This document shows, one piece after another, positions 29,701-44,017 of a stretch of 64,000 nucleotides of DNA (position 1 is the stretch's first letter; the number at the start of each line of letters is the position of its first letter). The translations under genes were made by a program, and so were the position numbers. The notes under the pieces were generated by a model that worked only from the letters and a program-made list of their open reading frames with translations, was not told the DNA's origin and did no database searches. Location: the NCBI RefSeq assembly GCF_009914755.1, contig NC_060930.1; one strand, given 5' to 3'. Source of the DNA: the human T2T-CHM13v2.0 reference genome, Homo sapiens.

Positions 29701-32700
29701 TTTGTTAACCTTTTCAAAAAAAAAAAAAAAAACAGCTCCTGGATTCATTGATTTTTGAAGGGTTCTTCATGTTGCTATCTCCTTTGGTTCTGCTCTAATC
29801 TTAGTTATTTCTTGTCTTCTGCTAGCTTTTGAATTTATTTGCTCTTGCCTCTCTAGTTCTTTTAATTGTGATGTTAGGGTGCCAATTTTAGATCTTTCCC
29901 ACTTTCTAAAGTGAGCATTTGGTGCTATAAATTTCCTCCTAAACACTGCTTTAGCTGGGTCCCAGAGATTCTGGTATGTTGTGTTTTTGTTCTCATTGGT
30001 TTCAAAGAAATTTTTTATTTCAGCCTTAATTTTGTTATTTACCCAGCAGTCATTCAGGTGCAGGTTGTTCCGTTTTTATGTAGTTGTGTGGTTTTTGAGT
30101 GAGTTTCTTAATCCTGAGTTCTAATTTGATTGCACTGTGGTCTGAGAAACTGTTTGTTATGATTTCTGTTCTTTTGCCTTTGCTGAGGAGTGTTTTACTT
30201 CCAATTATGTGGTCAATTTTAGAATAAGTGTGATGTGGTGCTGAGAAGAATGTATATTCTGTTGATTTGGGGTGGAGAGTTCTGTAGGTATCTATTAGGT
30301 CTGCTTGATCCAGAGCTGAGTTCAAGTCCTGAATATCCATGTTAATTTTCCGTCCTGTTGATCTGTCTAATATTGACAGTGGGGTGTTAAAGTCTCCGAC
30401 TATTATTTTTTTTAAAATCTTTAATACGCTATATTTATTTAATGCAAATCTCTTTTTTTTTGTTTTTTGTTTTTTATTATACTTTAAGTTTTAGGGTACA
30501 TGTGCACAATGTAAAGATTAGTTACATATGTATACATGTGCCACATGTGCCATGTTGGTGTGCTGCACCCATTAACTCATCATTTAACATTACGTATATC
30601 CCCTAATGCTATCCCTCCCCCTCCCCCCACCCCACAACAGACCCCAGTGTGTAATGTTCCCCTTCCTGTGTCCATGTGTTCTCATTTTTTAATTCCCACC
30701 TATGAGTGAGAACATGTAGTGTTTGTTTTTTTGTCCTTGCGATAGTTTGATGAGAATGATGGTTTCCAGCTTCATCCATGTCCCTACAAAGGACATGAAT
30801 CCATCATTTTTTATGGCTGCATAGTATTCCATGGTGTATATGTGCCACATTTTCTTAATCCAGTCTATCATTGTTGAACATTTGGCTTGGTTCCAAGTCT
30901 TTGCTATTGTGAATAGTGCCACAATAAACATACATGTGCATGTGTCTTTATAGCAGCATGATTTATAATCCTTTGGGTATATACCCAGGAATGGGATGGC
31001 TGGGTCAAATGGTATTTCTAGTTCTAGATCCCTGAGGAATTGCCACACCAACTTCCACAATGGTTCAACTAGATTACAGTCTCACCAACAGTGTAAAAGT
31101 GTTCCTATTTCTCCACATCCTCTCCAGCATCTGTTGTTTCCTGACTTTTTAATGATCGCCATTCTAACTGGTGTGAGATGGTATCTCATTGTGGAGTCTC
31201 CCATTATTATTGTGTGGGAGTCTAATTCTCTTTGCAGGTCTCTAAGAACTTGCTTTATGAATCTGGGTGCTCATATATTGGGTGCCTATATATTTAGGAT
31301 AGTTACCTCTTCTTGTTGTGTTGATTCCTTTACCATTATACAATGCCCTTCTTTTTTTTTTTTATCTTTGTTGGTTTAAAGTCTGTTTTATCAGACTAGG
31401 ATTGCAACTGCTTTTGTTTTTTTTGTTTGTTTGTTTGTTTTGTTTTTTGCTTTCCATTTGCTTGGTAAATATTCCTCCAACCCTTTATTTTGAGCCTATG
31501 TGTGTCTTTGCACATGAGATGAGTTTCCTGAATACAGCACACGGATGGGTCTTAACTCTTTATCCAATTTGCCAGTCTGTATCTTTTAATTGGGGCATTT
31601 AGCCCATTTACATTTAAGGTTAATATTGTTTTGTGTGAATTTGATCTTGCCATTTTGATGCTAGCTGGTTATTTTGCCCGCTAGTTGATGCAGTTTCTTC
31701 ATAATGTCAATGGTATTTACAGTTTGGCTTGTTCTTGCAGTGGCTGGTACCAGTTTTTTCTTTCCATGTTTACTGCTTCCTTCAGGAGCTATTGTAAGGC
31801 AGGCTTGGTGGTGACAAAATCTCTCAGCATTTGCCTGTCTGTAAAAAATTTCACTTCTTCACTTATGAAACTGAGTTTGCTGGTTATGAAATACTGGGTT
31901 GAAAATTATTTTTTATAAGAGTATTGAATATCATCCCCCACTCTCTTCTGGCTTGTAGGGCTTCTTCAAAGAGATCTGCTGTTAGTCTGATGGGCTCCCC
32001 TTTGTGGGTAACCCTACGTTTCTTTCTGGCTGCCATTAATATTTTTTCCTATATTTCAACATTAGTGAATCCAATGATTATGTGTCTTTGGGTTGCTCTT
32101 CTCAAGGAGTATCTTTGTGGTGTTCTCTCTATTTCTTGAAATGAATGTTGGCCTGTCTTGCTAGGTTGGGGAAGTTCTCCTGGATAATATCCTGAAGAGT
32201 GTTTACCAACTTGGTTCCATTTTCCCTGTCACTTTCAGGTACACCAATCAAATGTAGGTTCGGTATTTTCATAGAGTCTCATGTTTCTTGGAGTCTTTGT
32301 TCATTCCCTTACATTCTTTTTTTTCTCTAATCTTTTCTTTGTGCTTTATTTTATTAAGTTGCTCTTCAATCTCTGATATCCTTTCTTCTACTTGATTGAT
32401 TTGGCTATTGATACTTGTATATGCTTCACAAAGTTCTCATGCTGTCTTTTTCAGCTCCATCAGGTAATTTATGTTCTTCTCTAAACTGGTTATTTTAATT
32501 GGGAATTCCTCTAGCCTTTTTTTCAAGGTTCTTAGCTTCCTTATATTGGGTTAGAACATGCTCCTTTAGCTCAGAAGAGTTCGTTATCACCCACCTCCTG
32601 AAGCCTACTTCTGTCAGTTTATCAAATTCATTTTCTCTCCAATTTTTTCCCTTGCTGGCAAGGAGTTGTGATCCTTTGGAGAAGAAGAGGCATTCTGGTT

Positions 32701-34080
32701 TTTGGAATTTTCAGCCTTTTTGTACTTGTTTTACCTAATCTTCGTAGCTTTATCTACGTTTGTTCTTTGATGTTGGTGACCTTAAGATGGGGTTTCTGTG
32801 TGGACATCCTTTTTGTTGATATTCTTGCTATTCCTTTCTGTTTGTTAGTATTCCTTCTAGCAGTCAGGTCCCTCTGCTGCAGGTCTGCTGGAGTTTGCTG
32901 GAGGTCCACTGCAGACCCTGTTTTCCTGGGTATCACCAGCAGAGGCTGCAAAGCAGCAAAGATTTCTGCCTATTTCTTCCTCTGGAAGCTTCATCCCAGA
33001 GGGGCACTTGCCAGATGCCAGCTGGAGCTTTCTGTATGAAGTATCTGTCTACCTCTGATGTCAGGTTTCTCCCAGTCAGGAAGCCCGGGGGTCAGGGACA
33101 CACTTGGGGAGGCAGTCTGTTCCTTAGCAGTGCTCCAGCACTGTGCTGGGAGATCCACTGCTCTCTACAGTGCCGGCAGGCAGGAATGTTTAAGTTGGCT
33201 GAAGCTGTGCCCACGGCCGCCTCTTTTCCCAGGTGCTGTGTCCCAGGGAGATGGGAGTTTTATCTGTCAGCCCCTGACTGGGGCTGCTGCCTTTCTTTCA
33301 GAGATGCCCTGCCCAGAGAGGAGGAACCTAGAGGGGCAGTCTGGCTACAGCAGCTTTTCTGCAGTGTGCTCTGCCCAGTTCGAACTTTCCAATGGCTTTG
33401 TTTACACTGTGAAGGGAAAACTGTCTACCCAACCTCAGTAATGGTGGATGCCCCTCCCCCCACCAAGCTCGAGTGTCCCAGGTTGACTTCAGAGTGCTGT
33501 GCCGGCAGTGAGAATTTAAAACCAGTGGATCTTAGCCTGCTGGGCTTTGTGGGGTGGGATCTCCACTGAGCTCGACCACTTGGCTCCCTGGTTTCAGCCC
33601 CCTTTCCAGTGGTGTAAATGATTCTTTCTCACTGATGATACTCCAGATGCCACTGGGGTATGAAATAAAACTCCCGCAGCTAGCTCGGTGTCTGCCCAAA
33701 TGGCTGCCCAGTTTTGTGCTTGAAGCCCAGGGCCCTGGTTGCGTAGGCACCTGAGGGAATCTCCTGGTCTGTGGGTTACTAAGACTGTGGGAAAAGCATA
33801 GTATCTGGGCCAGAACGCACAGTTCCTCATGGCACAGTCCCTCACAGCTTTGCTTGGCTAGGGTAGTGAGTTTCCTGACCCCTTGCACTTCCTGGGTGAG
33901 GTGACACCCCACCCTGCTTTGGCTCACCCTCCATGGGCTCTACCCACTGTCTAATTGGTCCCAATGAGATGAGCCAGGTACCTCAGTTGGAAATGCAGAA
34001 ATCACCCACCTTCTGCATTGATCCTGCTGGGAACTGCAGACGAGAACTGTTCCTATTCCACCATCTTGCCAGCCACCCTT
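26782..34080 (-). mobile_element. Full-length L1PA7-like LINE-1 (inactive) with nested L1
   Basis: 5'UTR (about 32740-34080), ORF1 with ATG lost, ORF2 (27006-31653, many disruptions), 3'UTR, (TAA)n tail; weak TSD tgaaattttc/tggagttttc. Confidence 0.93.
30408..31194 (-). mobile_element. 5'-truncated L1PA3/4-like insertion with 3' transduction
   Basis: L1 3' end 30453-31194; 17-bp TSD agtctccgactattatt (30391-30407) / agtctcccattattatt (31195-31211). Confidence 0.93.
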
Positions 34081-36028
34081 TGGAGTTTTCCTTTTTGTCT
34101 TCCACTTTACACTTCCCTATTCTCATTCTTATTTAGCATAAAAATGCGTTGAAGGATTTTCCTGGTAGTGTCTAATGATTGTGACCTTGCCAAAGTCTGC
34201 AGTTTTATCACCATAAGAAGTCTTTTAAGGACAAACACCATACTCACGTGTGAGATTGGCACACCTGATATGCCAGGAAATGGCTAGAAACAAAGAAGAA
34301 AAATGAAAGCTCTTTGTATCGGCCATGTGGTGGGAACTACTGTGGTCCTCAGTGGCCTCTCTGCAAAGGAGAGCAGCACCTTCTGCCACTGAGGTAACAA
34401 ATGACCATTCCTGCCAGGGAACCCCAGAATGGAAGGCATGGTTGAACCCCCCCAGCCTCCACCAAGAAGCTGCTATTCCTGAGCCATTTCAGGAAAGGGG
34501 CTGTCACCTCTCCGAATCCTGCGCATGCCCTGACCTCTGAGCCATAGCTGCCTGTGACTGCCCACATTCCAGACCTGAGCGCTTTGTCTACAGTATGTCC
34601 CCCACACCTTAGACCCTGGAGCCATCCCTGTAGTGAGCTGGTTTGCACTATGGGAACTAGAGCCACAGTCTCTGTGAGGATGGCCATGTTCTATTCACTA
34701 GTTCAGCTGCCATAGAGAGGTAGGTCCTGCCCTGACCTTGGAATCACTGTAACCCTTCTCATGCATGTGCTTCTTGTTCTTGGATCCCAGCTGCTTCATA
34801 AGCATCTATGCCTTGCACACTGTTACCAACATGGCAGCAGGGGTGGCTGTACCCTGGACAGAAGTGCCATTACTGCCCCAGTCCCTCCACATTGCCTATG
34901 CTTCAGGCCTCAGTTTGGTGGCACCCCGTGGGCACCAATCATCAGACACTGATGCCACAGCCACCAAAAGTGAGTCCACAAGCCAGACCCAGTGCCAGGA
35001 AGGATCCCCTCAGCCACAGCTTCCCCAGTAGGAGAAAAAGAGATTGGAAGGTCCTTAGCATCCATCACCCCCTAAGACCCCAACAGCCCTCAGTGCCACT
35101 GTGGAAATCCACATCCCTAGCTTCTGAGGATCCCTACAATCTTTGTCAACATCAATCTCAGCTGTCAAAGCTGCACAGAGACTACACAGATGCACCCTCA
35201 GTGGTGCCAGGGCTGCTGCATCATACCTATCAAATACCCTCATATTCCCCTGTAAACAATGGTCTTTCCACATGAAAACTAGCCTGTAAAATCTGGAAGA
35301 AGTAACTGTTTCACCAAATGCAAATACATCAATGTAAGGTAATAAGAAAAACTAAAAATCAAAAAGTCATATTATTACCAAAAGAAAACAATAATTTCCC
35401 AATAGTGGATCTTAAAGAAATAGAGACATATAAACTGTCTCACAAAAAAATCAAAATAATCATCTTAAGAAGACTTCAAGAAAATACATGGAAACTATTC
35501 AATAGAATAAAAAAAGACCATAACAAAAAATTAACAGAGATTAAAATTATATCTTAAAAAAATTGTGGATCTAAAATAATATAATAATGGAATAAAAAAT
35601 CCAATAGAGAGCATCAACAGCAGGCTTGATTCACCAGAGGAAAGAATCTGTAAACTCAAAGACAGATGGTTTGAAAATATACTGTCAGAGGGGGAAAAAA
35701 AAGGAATTTAAAAAATACAGGATTTATGGGACAGCATTAAGAGAGCAAATATTCAAATTATAGCAGTTTAAGAACAAGAAAAGAGAGACAAAAGGCCAGA
35801 AAGTTTATTTAAAATAATAATAGCAGAAAAACTTCCAGATGTAAGGGGAGATATATGTATTCAGGTTACAGGAGGATCAAAGGCCTCCAATGAGAATCAA
35901 TCCAAACAAGGCTACTCTAAGATATATTATAATTAAACTGTAAGAAATCAAAGACAAAAAGTGATCCTGAAAGAAGCATGTCACATAAAAAAATTTTAAT
36001 AAGGCTTGCAGCAAATTTCTGAGCAGAT

Positions 36029-36443
36029 AAATTTTAGTCCATTCTCATATTGCTATAAAGAAATATCTGAAACTGGATAATTTATAAAGAAAAGAGGTTT
36101 CATTAGCTCATGGCCTCACAGGCTGTACAGGAAGCTTAGTGACATCTGGTTCTGGGGAGTCCTCAAGAAGCTTCTAATCATGGTGGAAGGCAAAGGGAGA
36201 GCATGCATGTCACATGGCAAAAGCAGAAGCATGAGAGTGAGAGGGGAAGTGCTGCACACTTTTAAGTGATCAGATCTCACAAGAACTCATTATCATGAGG
36301 ACAGTATCAAGGAGATGGTGCTAAACCATTCAAGAGAAATCCAAACCCGTGATCCAATTACCTTCCACCAGGTCCCATCCTCAATATTGGGGAGTATATT
36401 TTAATACGGGATTAGGGTGGCAACACACATTCAAACTATATCA
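36029..36443 (-). mobile_element. MSTA solo LTR inside L1M ORF1
   Basis: ttagtccattctcatattgctataaagaaata...caaactatatca; TSD cagat/gagat. Confidence 0.9.
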
Positions 36444-39072
36444 GAGATATTACAGGGCAGGAGGGAGTGAGGTGATAGATTCAAAGTGCTGAAGGAAAAA
36501 AAAAGTTGCCATCAAGAATACCCTACCCACCAAAGCTATTCTACAGAAATGAAGGAGAGATAAAGACTTTCCCAGACAAGCAAAAGCTGAGTGAGTTCAT
36601 CAACAGCAGATCTGTCTTACAAGAAATGCTAAAAGGAGTTTTTCAATGTGAGAGAAAAGAATGTAAATTAGTAACATGAAAACATATGAAAGTATAAAAC
36701 TCACTGGTAAAGTAAGTATCCAGTCAGTTCAGAATAGTCTAATACTTAAAGTGGTGTTTAAATCACTTATATCTTTAGTATGAAGGGTAAAAGGCAAAAA
36801 CTGTTTAAAATAATAAAGCTACAATAATTTGTTAATGACAAAATATTAAAAAATGTAAATTGTGACAAAACATACGTGGGTAAGTAAAGTAAAAGTATAG
36901 TTTTTTATGCAATCAGTTAAATTTTTATCAGTTTAAAATAGCCTATTATAAATGTAAGATATTTTAAATAAGCCTCATAATAACCACAAAGCAAAAACCA
37001 CAAAAGATAAAAAGAAGGAATCAAAACATACTACTCTAGAAAATAATCTAATCACACAGGAATACATCAATAAAGGAAGAAATAAAGGATCTACAAAACA
37101 ACAAGAAATAATGAACAAAATAGCAGAAGCAAGTCATTACTTATTAATAGTATCTTAAATGTAAATTGATTAAATTATTTAATCAAAAGTCATAGAGTGA
37201 CTGAATGTATCAAAAAACTGATCCAAGTTATGCTGCTTACAAGAGTCTCATTTCACCTGTAAGGATACATAGACTAAAAGTGAAAGGATGGACAAAGATA
37301 TTCTATGCAAATGAGAAACAAAAGACATGAGGAGTAGCTATACTTAGATAAAATAGATATTAAGTAAAAAAATGGTGAAGCAAGAGAAAGAAGGTCATTA
37401 TATATAATAATAAAATAAATTCATCATTAATTTAAAACAATTGTAAATATATATGCATTCAACAATGGAACACCTAAATATATAAAGCTAATATTAGCAG
37501 ACATAAAGAGATAACTGCAATACAATAATAATAGAAAACTTCAATATCCCACTTTCAATAACAAATCATCTAAACAGAAAATCAATAAGAAAACAATGGA
37601 CTTAAACTACACTTTAGACCAAATGGACCAAACAGACATATACAGAATATTCCAACCAAAAGCAGCAAAATACACATCTTCTTAAGTGCACAAGGAACAT
37701 TCTCCAGGATAGATAATATGTTAGGTCACAAAATAAGTGTTCACAAATTTAAGCAGATTAAAATCATCTCAAATATCTTTTATGATTACAATAGTGTGAA
37801 ATTAGGAATCAATAGTAGGAGGAAATTAAGGAAATCTACAAACTTGAAAATTAAGTATTGCATTCCTAAACACCTGATGGGATACAAATAAATTAAAAGA
37901 GAAATTTGTAAAAATCCTGAGCCAAACAAAAATGGAAACGCAACATACCAATTGTTATGGGATGCAGCAAAAGCAGTTCTAAGAAGAAAGTTTATAGTAA
38001 TAAACACTGAGATTAAAGAATAAAAAAGATCCCAAATACACAACCTAAATGTACACCCCCAGGAAGTAGAAAAGAGCAAACTAAGCTTGAGGTTATCAGA
38101 GGGAAGAAAAAATAAAGATCAGAGCAGAAATAAATGAAATAGAGGTTAGGAAAATAATACAAAATAATCAATAAAACTGAGTTGTTTTTTAAAGCAAGAT
38201 ACAAACTGACAAATCTTTAGCTAGACTAATTGAGAAAAATAGAGAAGACTGAAGTAAGTAAAATAAGAAAGTAAAAAGAAGACATTACAACTTATACCAC
38301 AGAAATTGAAAATATTATAAGACAACTATGAATAATGATATGCCAAAATATGGGATAACCTAGAAAAAATATATTCCCAAACACATACAGCCTATCAACT
38401 GAATCATAAAGACATGGAAAATCTGAATGGATGAAAAGAGTAAATTAGTAACAAAGAGTTTCCCATGAAACAAAAACCCAGGAACTGATGGTTTCATTGT
38501 TGAATTCTACCAAACTTTGAAGAACTAATACCAATTTTTCTCATACTTTTTCAAAAAATTGAAGCAAATAGTTCCAAACTTATTTTAATGAGGCCAACGT
38601 TACTCTGATACCAAAGCCAGACAACACTATGAGAAAAAAAATTACAGAACAATGTCTCTGATAAACACAGATGCAAATAACTTCAACAAATAATAGCAAA
38701 AAAATTCAACAACGCATTAGAAAGATCTTCCAGCATGGGCAAGTTGGATTTATCTGAGAAATCCAAGAATGGTTCATATGGAAATCAGTAAATGTGATAC
38801 ATCACATTAACAAAATGAAGAACAAAAACCACATGATCATCTTAATAGAGGCAGAAAAGACATTTGATAAAATTCAACATTTTTCCATTGATTAAAAACT
38901 CAAAAAAAAAATAAAAGGAATATACCTTCACAAAATAAAGGCAATACACAATAAGAAAATAGCTAACATCCCACTCCACAGTGAAAAATTGAAAGCTTTT
39001 TCTCAAAGATCAGGAAGAAGACAAGGATTTTCACTCCTACCACGTGTATTCAACAGAGTGCTGAACGTTCTA

Positions 39073-39500
<428 letters not shown>

Positions 39501-42500
39501 AGGAGTCTTCCAGAAAAAAAGAAACCCAGTTAACTAATACACAAATTTAATAAAGTTGCAGGATATAAAATTAATATGCAAAATCAGCAGTGTTTCTACA
39601 CACTAACAGCAAACTATTTTTTAAAAAGTCTCATTTTCAATCTCATTTACAACAGCTACAAAAAATTTAATTGGGGGGACAGAGGTGGAGAAAGCTGGTT
39701 AAATAGAAGATTCTACTAATCCTCCTCCCTGCAGGAATACCAAATTTGACATTTACATGAAAAAAGCACTTCATAAAAACTAAAAATTAGGTTAGAAATT
39801 ACAGTATCTGTTTTTAACTTGATATCATTGAAAGAGGCTCTGAAGAGGGTTGGAAAGACAGTCTTGAATTGCCAACATCACCCCCTTTGTTGTTCCTGGC
39901 AGAGGCTGCATGGTGTGGAGAGAGAAACAGTATGCTTGCGGGAGGGAGACCACAGCAATTGTAGGACTTTTCATTGGAATTCAGTGCTGCCAACACTGGG
40001 CTTCTTTGAACTCAGCCAATGTCCAATGGTAGAGCATTTAGACCAGCCCTAGCCAGAGGAGAATCACCCATTCAAGCAGTCATTCAGAACTCGAGTTTCA
40101 GCAAGCCTCACCACTGTGGGCTAAAGTGCTCTAGGGTGCTATATAAACTTGAAAGACTGTCTAGGCCACAAGGACTGAAACTCCTAGGAAAGTTCTAGTG
40201 ATGTGCTGGGCTCAGAGCCAGTGGACTTTGGGGCATGCAACATAGACATCAGCCAGGGTAGCTAAGAGAGTGCTTGTATCACCCCTCCATCAACCCTAGA
40301 CAGTGCAGCTCACAGCTCCAAAAGAGACCTCTTCCTTCTACTTGAGGAGAGAAATGGGAAGAGTAAAGGGGATTTTATTTTGCAATTTGGATAGCAGCCC
40401 AACCACAATAGGATAGGGAACCAGGCAAAGTCATGAGGACCCCATTTCAGCCCCAGCTTCCAGACAACATTTCTAGACACAACCTGGGCCAGAAAGGAAC
40501 CCATTGCCTTAAAGGGAAGGACCTAGTCCTGGCAAGATTCATCACCTGCAGACTAAAGAGCCATTAGGCCCTAAATAATTGGCAGAGGTAATGAACTAGT
40601 ACACACCATGGGCCTTGGATGAGACTCTGAGACATGCTGGCTTCAAGTGTAACCCAGCATATTACCAGCTGTGGTGGCTACAAGAAGAGGCTCCTTTTGC
40701 TTGACAAAAGGCCAGAGGGGATTCCACAGCTCTGAAGGGTAAGTCCCAGGCCTGTCGCAATTCACCAAAAACTGACTAAAAAGACTTTTGGCCTTAAATT
40801 AACACTGGTGGTACCCTGGCAGTACTCCATGTGAGCCTGTGGTGGTCATGGGGAGAGACTCCCCTGTCTGGAGAAAACAAAAAGGAAGAGTTTGAATGAC
40901 TTTGCTTAAGGTCTTGGTGCCAGAGTAGAATCGAGCAAAAGGTAAATTTCTAAGGTTTCTGGCTCCAGGTCCTCGTTCATAGGCAGCAATTCTAGACCAA
41001 CCAAAAGCCTGGGGAAATTCACTAACCTGAAGGAAAGAATGCAAGACTGGCTGGTTTTGCTCCCTGGTGATTGCAGAGCCCTAGGGCCTTAAGCAAAAAT
41101 AAGTAATAGCCAGGTAATGGTTACAGTGAGCCTTTGGCAAGACCCAGTGCTGTGCTGGCTTCTGGTCTGACCCAGTACAGTCCCTGTGGTACTGATCACA
41201 GGGGTGCTTGTGTCACCTCTCCCCTAGCTCCAGGAAGCTCAGCACACACAAACACAGAGAGAGTCTGTTTGTTTGGGGGAAAGTAAGAGAAGAGAAAAAA
41301 AGAGTCTCTGCCTGGTAATCCAGAGAACTCTTCTGGCCCTTATACAAGAACAAGGCAGAACCTCCAGGAGTCTGTTAGAAGTAAAGCATTCCTGGGCTTG
41401 GTGTGCCCCCTAATGCAGATATGGCTGCAGTAACCAAAAACTTAGGTCACAATACCCAAGTCTCTTCAAATACTGAGAAATCCTTCCCAAGAAGCATGGG
41501 TATAAACAAATCCAAACTGTGAAGACTACGATGACTACCAAGTTCTCTAATTTGCAGACACTGATGAACATTCACAGGCACCAAGACCATCCAGGAAAAC
41601 ATGACCTCACCAAACAAACCATATAAGGCACCAGGGGCCAATCCTGGAGAGACAGAGATATATGACCTTTCAGACAGACAATTCAAAATAGCTGTTTTGA
41701 AGAAACTCAAAGAAATTCAAGATAACACAGAGAAGGCATTCTGAGTCCTATCAGATAAATTTAAGAAAAATATTGAGATAAATAAAAATTTAAAATAACC
41801 AGGCAGAAATTACAGAGCTAAAAAAGGAAATTAACATACTAAAAAATACATTAGAGTCTCAAACCAGAAGAAATAATTAATGAGCTTGAAGACAGGCAAT
41901 TTGAAAATAAACAGAGGAGCCAAAGAAAAAAGAATTAAAAAATAAAGCACCATAACAAAATCTAGAAAATCACATCAAAAGGACAAATCTAGGAGTTATT
42001 GGACTTAAAGAGGAGGTAGGAAAAGAGGTAGGGGTAGAAAGTGTATTCAAAGGGATAATAAACAACTTCCCAAACCTAGAGAAAGATATCAATATTCAAA
42101 TGAAAGAAGGTTATACAACAGCAAGCAGATTTAGTCCAAAAAGGATTACCTCAAGTCACTTAATAATCAAACTCTCAAAGGTCAAGGATAAAGAAAGAAT
42201 CCTAAAAGCAGCAAGAGGAAATAATGGATAACATACAATGCAGCTCCAATATATTTGGCAGCAGACTCTTCGGTGGAAACCTTACAGGCCAGGAGAGACT
42301 GACAATGACACATTTAAAGTGATATTTAAAGTGCTGAAGGAAAACCACGTGTATCCTAGAATTGCATATCCGGTGAAAGTATTCCTTAAACATGAAGTAA
42401 ATAAAGACTTTCCTAGACAAAGAACCAAAACGAAACAAAATAGTTGAGGGATTTCATCTTCAATCTGAAAAAAAAAAAAAAGGATGTTAAAGAGCAATAA

Positions 42501-43557
42501 GAAATAATCTGAAGGTAAAAAACTCACTTGTAATAGTAAGCATACAGAAAAACAGAAAATATAACACTGTAACTGTGGTATGCAAATTACTCATATTTTG
42601 AATTATTTTGAATTAAAATATACAAGGATGAACTAATCAAAAATAATAACTACAGCTTTTCAAGTCATAGATGGTATGTCTTGAAAATATTTGATAATTT
42701 TAAAAGGTACAACAAAAAATTAAAAAGCAGGTGACAAAGTTAAAGTATAGAGTTTTTTTATTAGTTTTCATTTTGCTCGTTTGTTTGTGCGATCAGTTTC
42801 ATGTTGTCATCATTTTAAAATAATGAGTTATAAGATAATATTTGGAAGCCTCATGGTAACCTCAAATCCAAAAACATACAATGAATACACAAAAAATTAG
42901 AAGCAAGAAATTAAAACACACCAACAGAGAAAATCACCTTCACTAAAAGAAAGACAGGAAGGAAGGAAAGAAGGAAGAAAACATGACAAAGTAACCAGAA
43001 AACAACAAAGTGGCAGGACTAAGTTCTTAGTTATCAATAATAACAGTGTGGCTGAATTTTTTTTTGATCCAGTTATCTGTTGCCTATAAGAAACACTTTT
43101 CCCATATGAAGACATACACAGTCTGAAAATAAAGGCATGTAAAAAGATACTTCATACAAATGTAACCAAAAAAGAGCAGGAGTAGCTATACTTATGTCAG
43201 AAAAAATACATTTCAAGACAAAAACTATAAAAAGAGACAAAGAAGTTCATTTTATAGTGATTAAGGAGGTTCATTGAGCAAAAGGATATAACATTTTTAA
43301 ATATTTATGCACCCAGATATATTAATACAAAGCAAATATTACTAGAGCTAAACAGAGAGATAATCCCCAATAAAATAATAGCTGGAGATGTCAATACCCT
43401 ATTTACAGCATTGGAAAAATCATCTAGAGAGAAACTCAACCAAGAAACATCAGGCTTAATCTGCACTATAGACCAAATAGACCTAACACATTTTTACATA
43501 ACATTTTATCCAATGGCTACAGCATATACATTTTTCTCTCCAGCACATACATTATTC

Positions 43558-43880
43558 TTTTTTTTTTTAATTTTTATTTTTAAACACTTTTTCTTTCCAA
43601 CTTTTAGGTTCAAGGGGTACATGTGCAGGGTTTTTATTATTATTATTATTATACTTTAAGTTTTAGCATACATGTGCACAATGTGCAGGTTAGTTACATA
43701 TGTATACATGTGCCATGCTGGTGCGCTGCACCCACTAACTCGTCATCTAGCATTAGGTATGTCTCCCAATGCTATCTCTCCCCCCTCCCCCCACTCCACA
43801 ACAGTCCTTCCTGTGTCCATGATGTTCCCCTTCCTGTGTCCATGTGTTCTCATTGTTCAATTCCCACCTATGAGTGAGAA
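43558..43880 (-). mobile_element. Short L1PA2-like insertion plus L1PA16-like terminus
   Basis: gctggtgcgctgcacccactaactcgtcatctagcattagg (L1PA2/HS-type) at 43651-43880; tttccaacttttaggttcaaggggtacatgtgcagg (old L1PA15/16-type end) at 43594-43629. Confidence 0.88.
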
Positions 43881-43923
43881 TTAGGCCACAAAACAAGTCT
43901 TCAAACATTCGAAAAATTGAAAG

Positions 43924-44001
43924 ATAAGATTGGTGCAAAAGTAATTGCTGTTTTTCATTAAACATAATGGCAGAATTGTAATTATTTTTGCACCAACCTA
44001 A
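43924..44001. mobile_element. MADE1 (Hsmar1 MITE)
   Basis: About 80-bp palindrome: ttggtgcaaaagtaattg...taattatttttgcaccaacctaa followed by ta. Confidence 0.93.
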
Positions 44002-44017
44002 TAACATGCACAAAAAT

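Noticed and set aside
32668-33927. 224-aa and other ORFs
   Set aside because: Shadow frames of the L1PA7 5'UTR.
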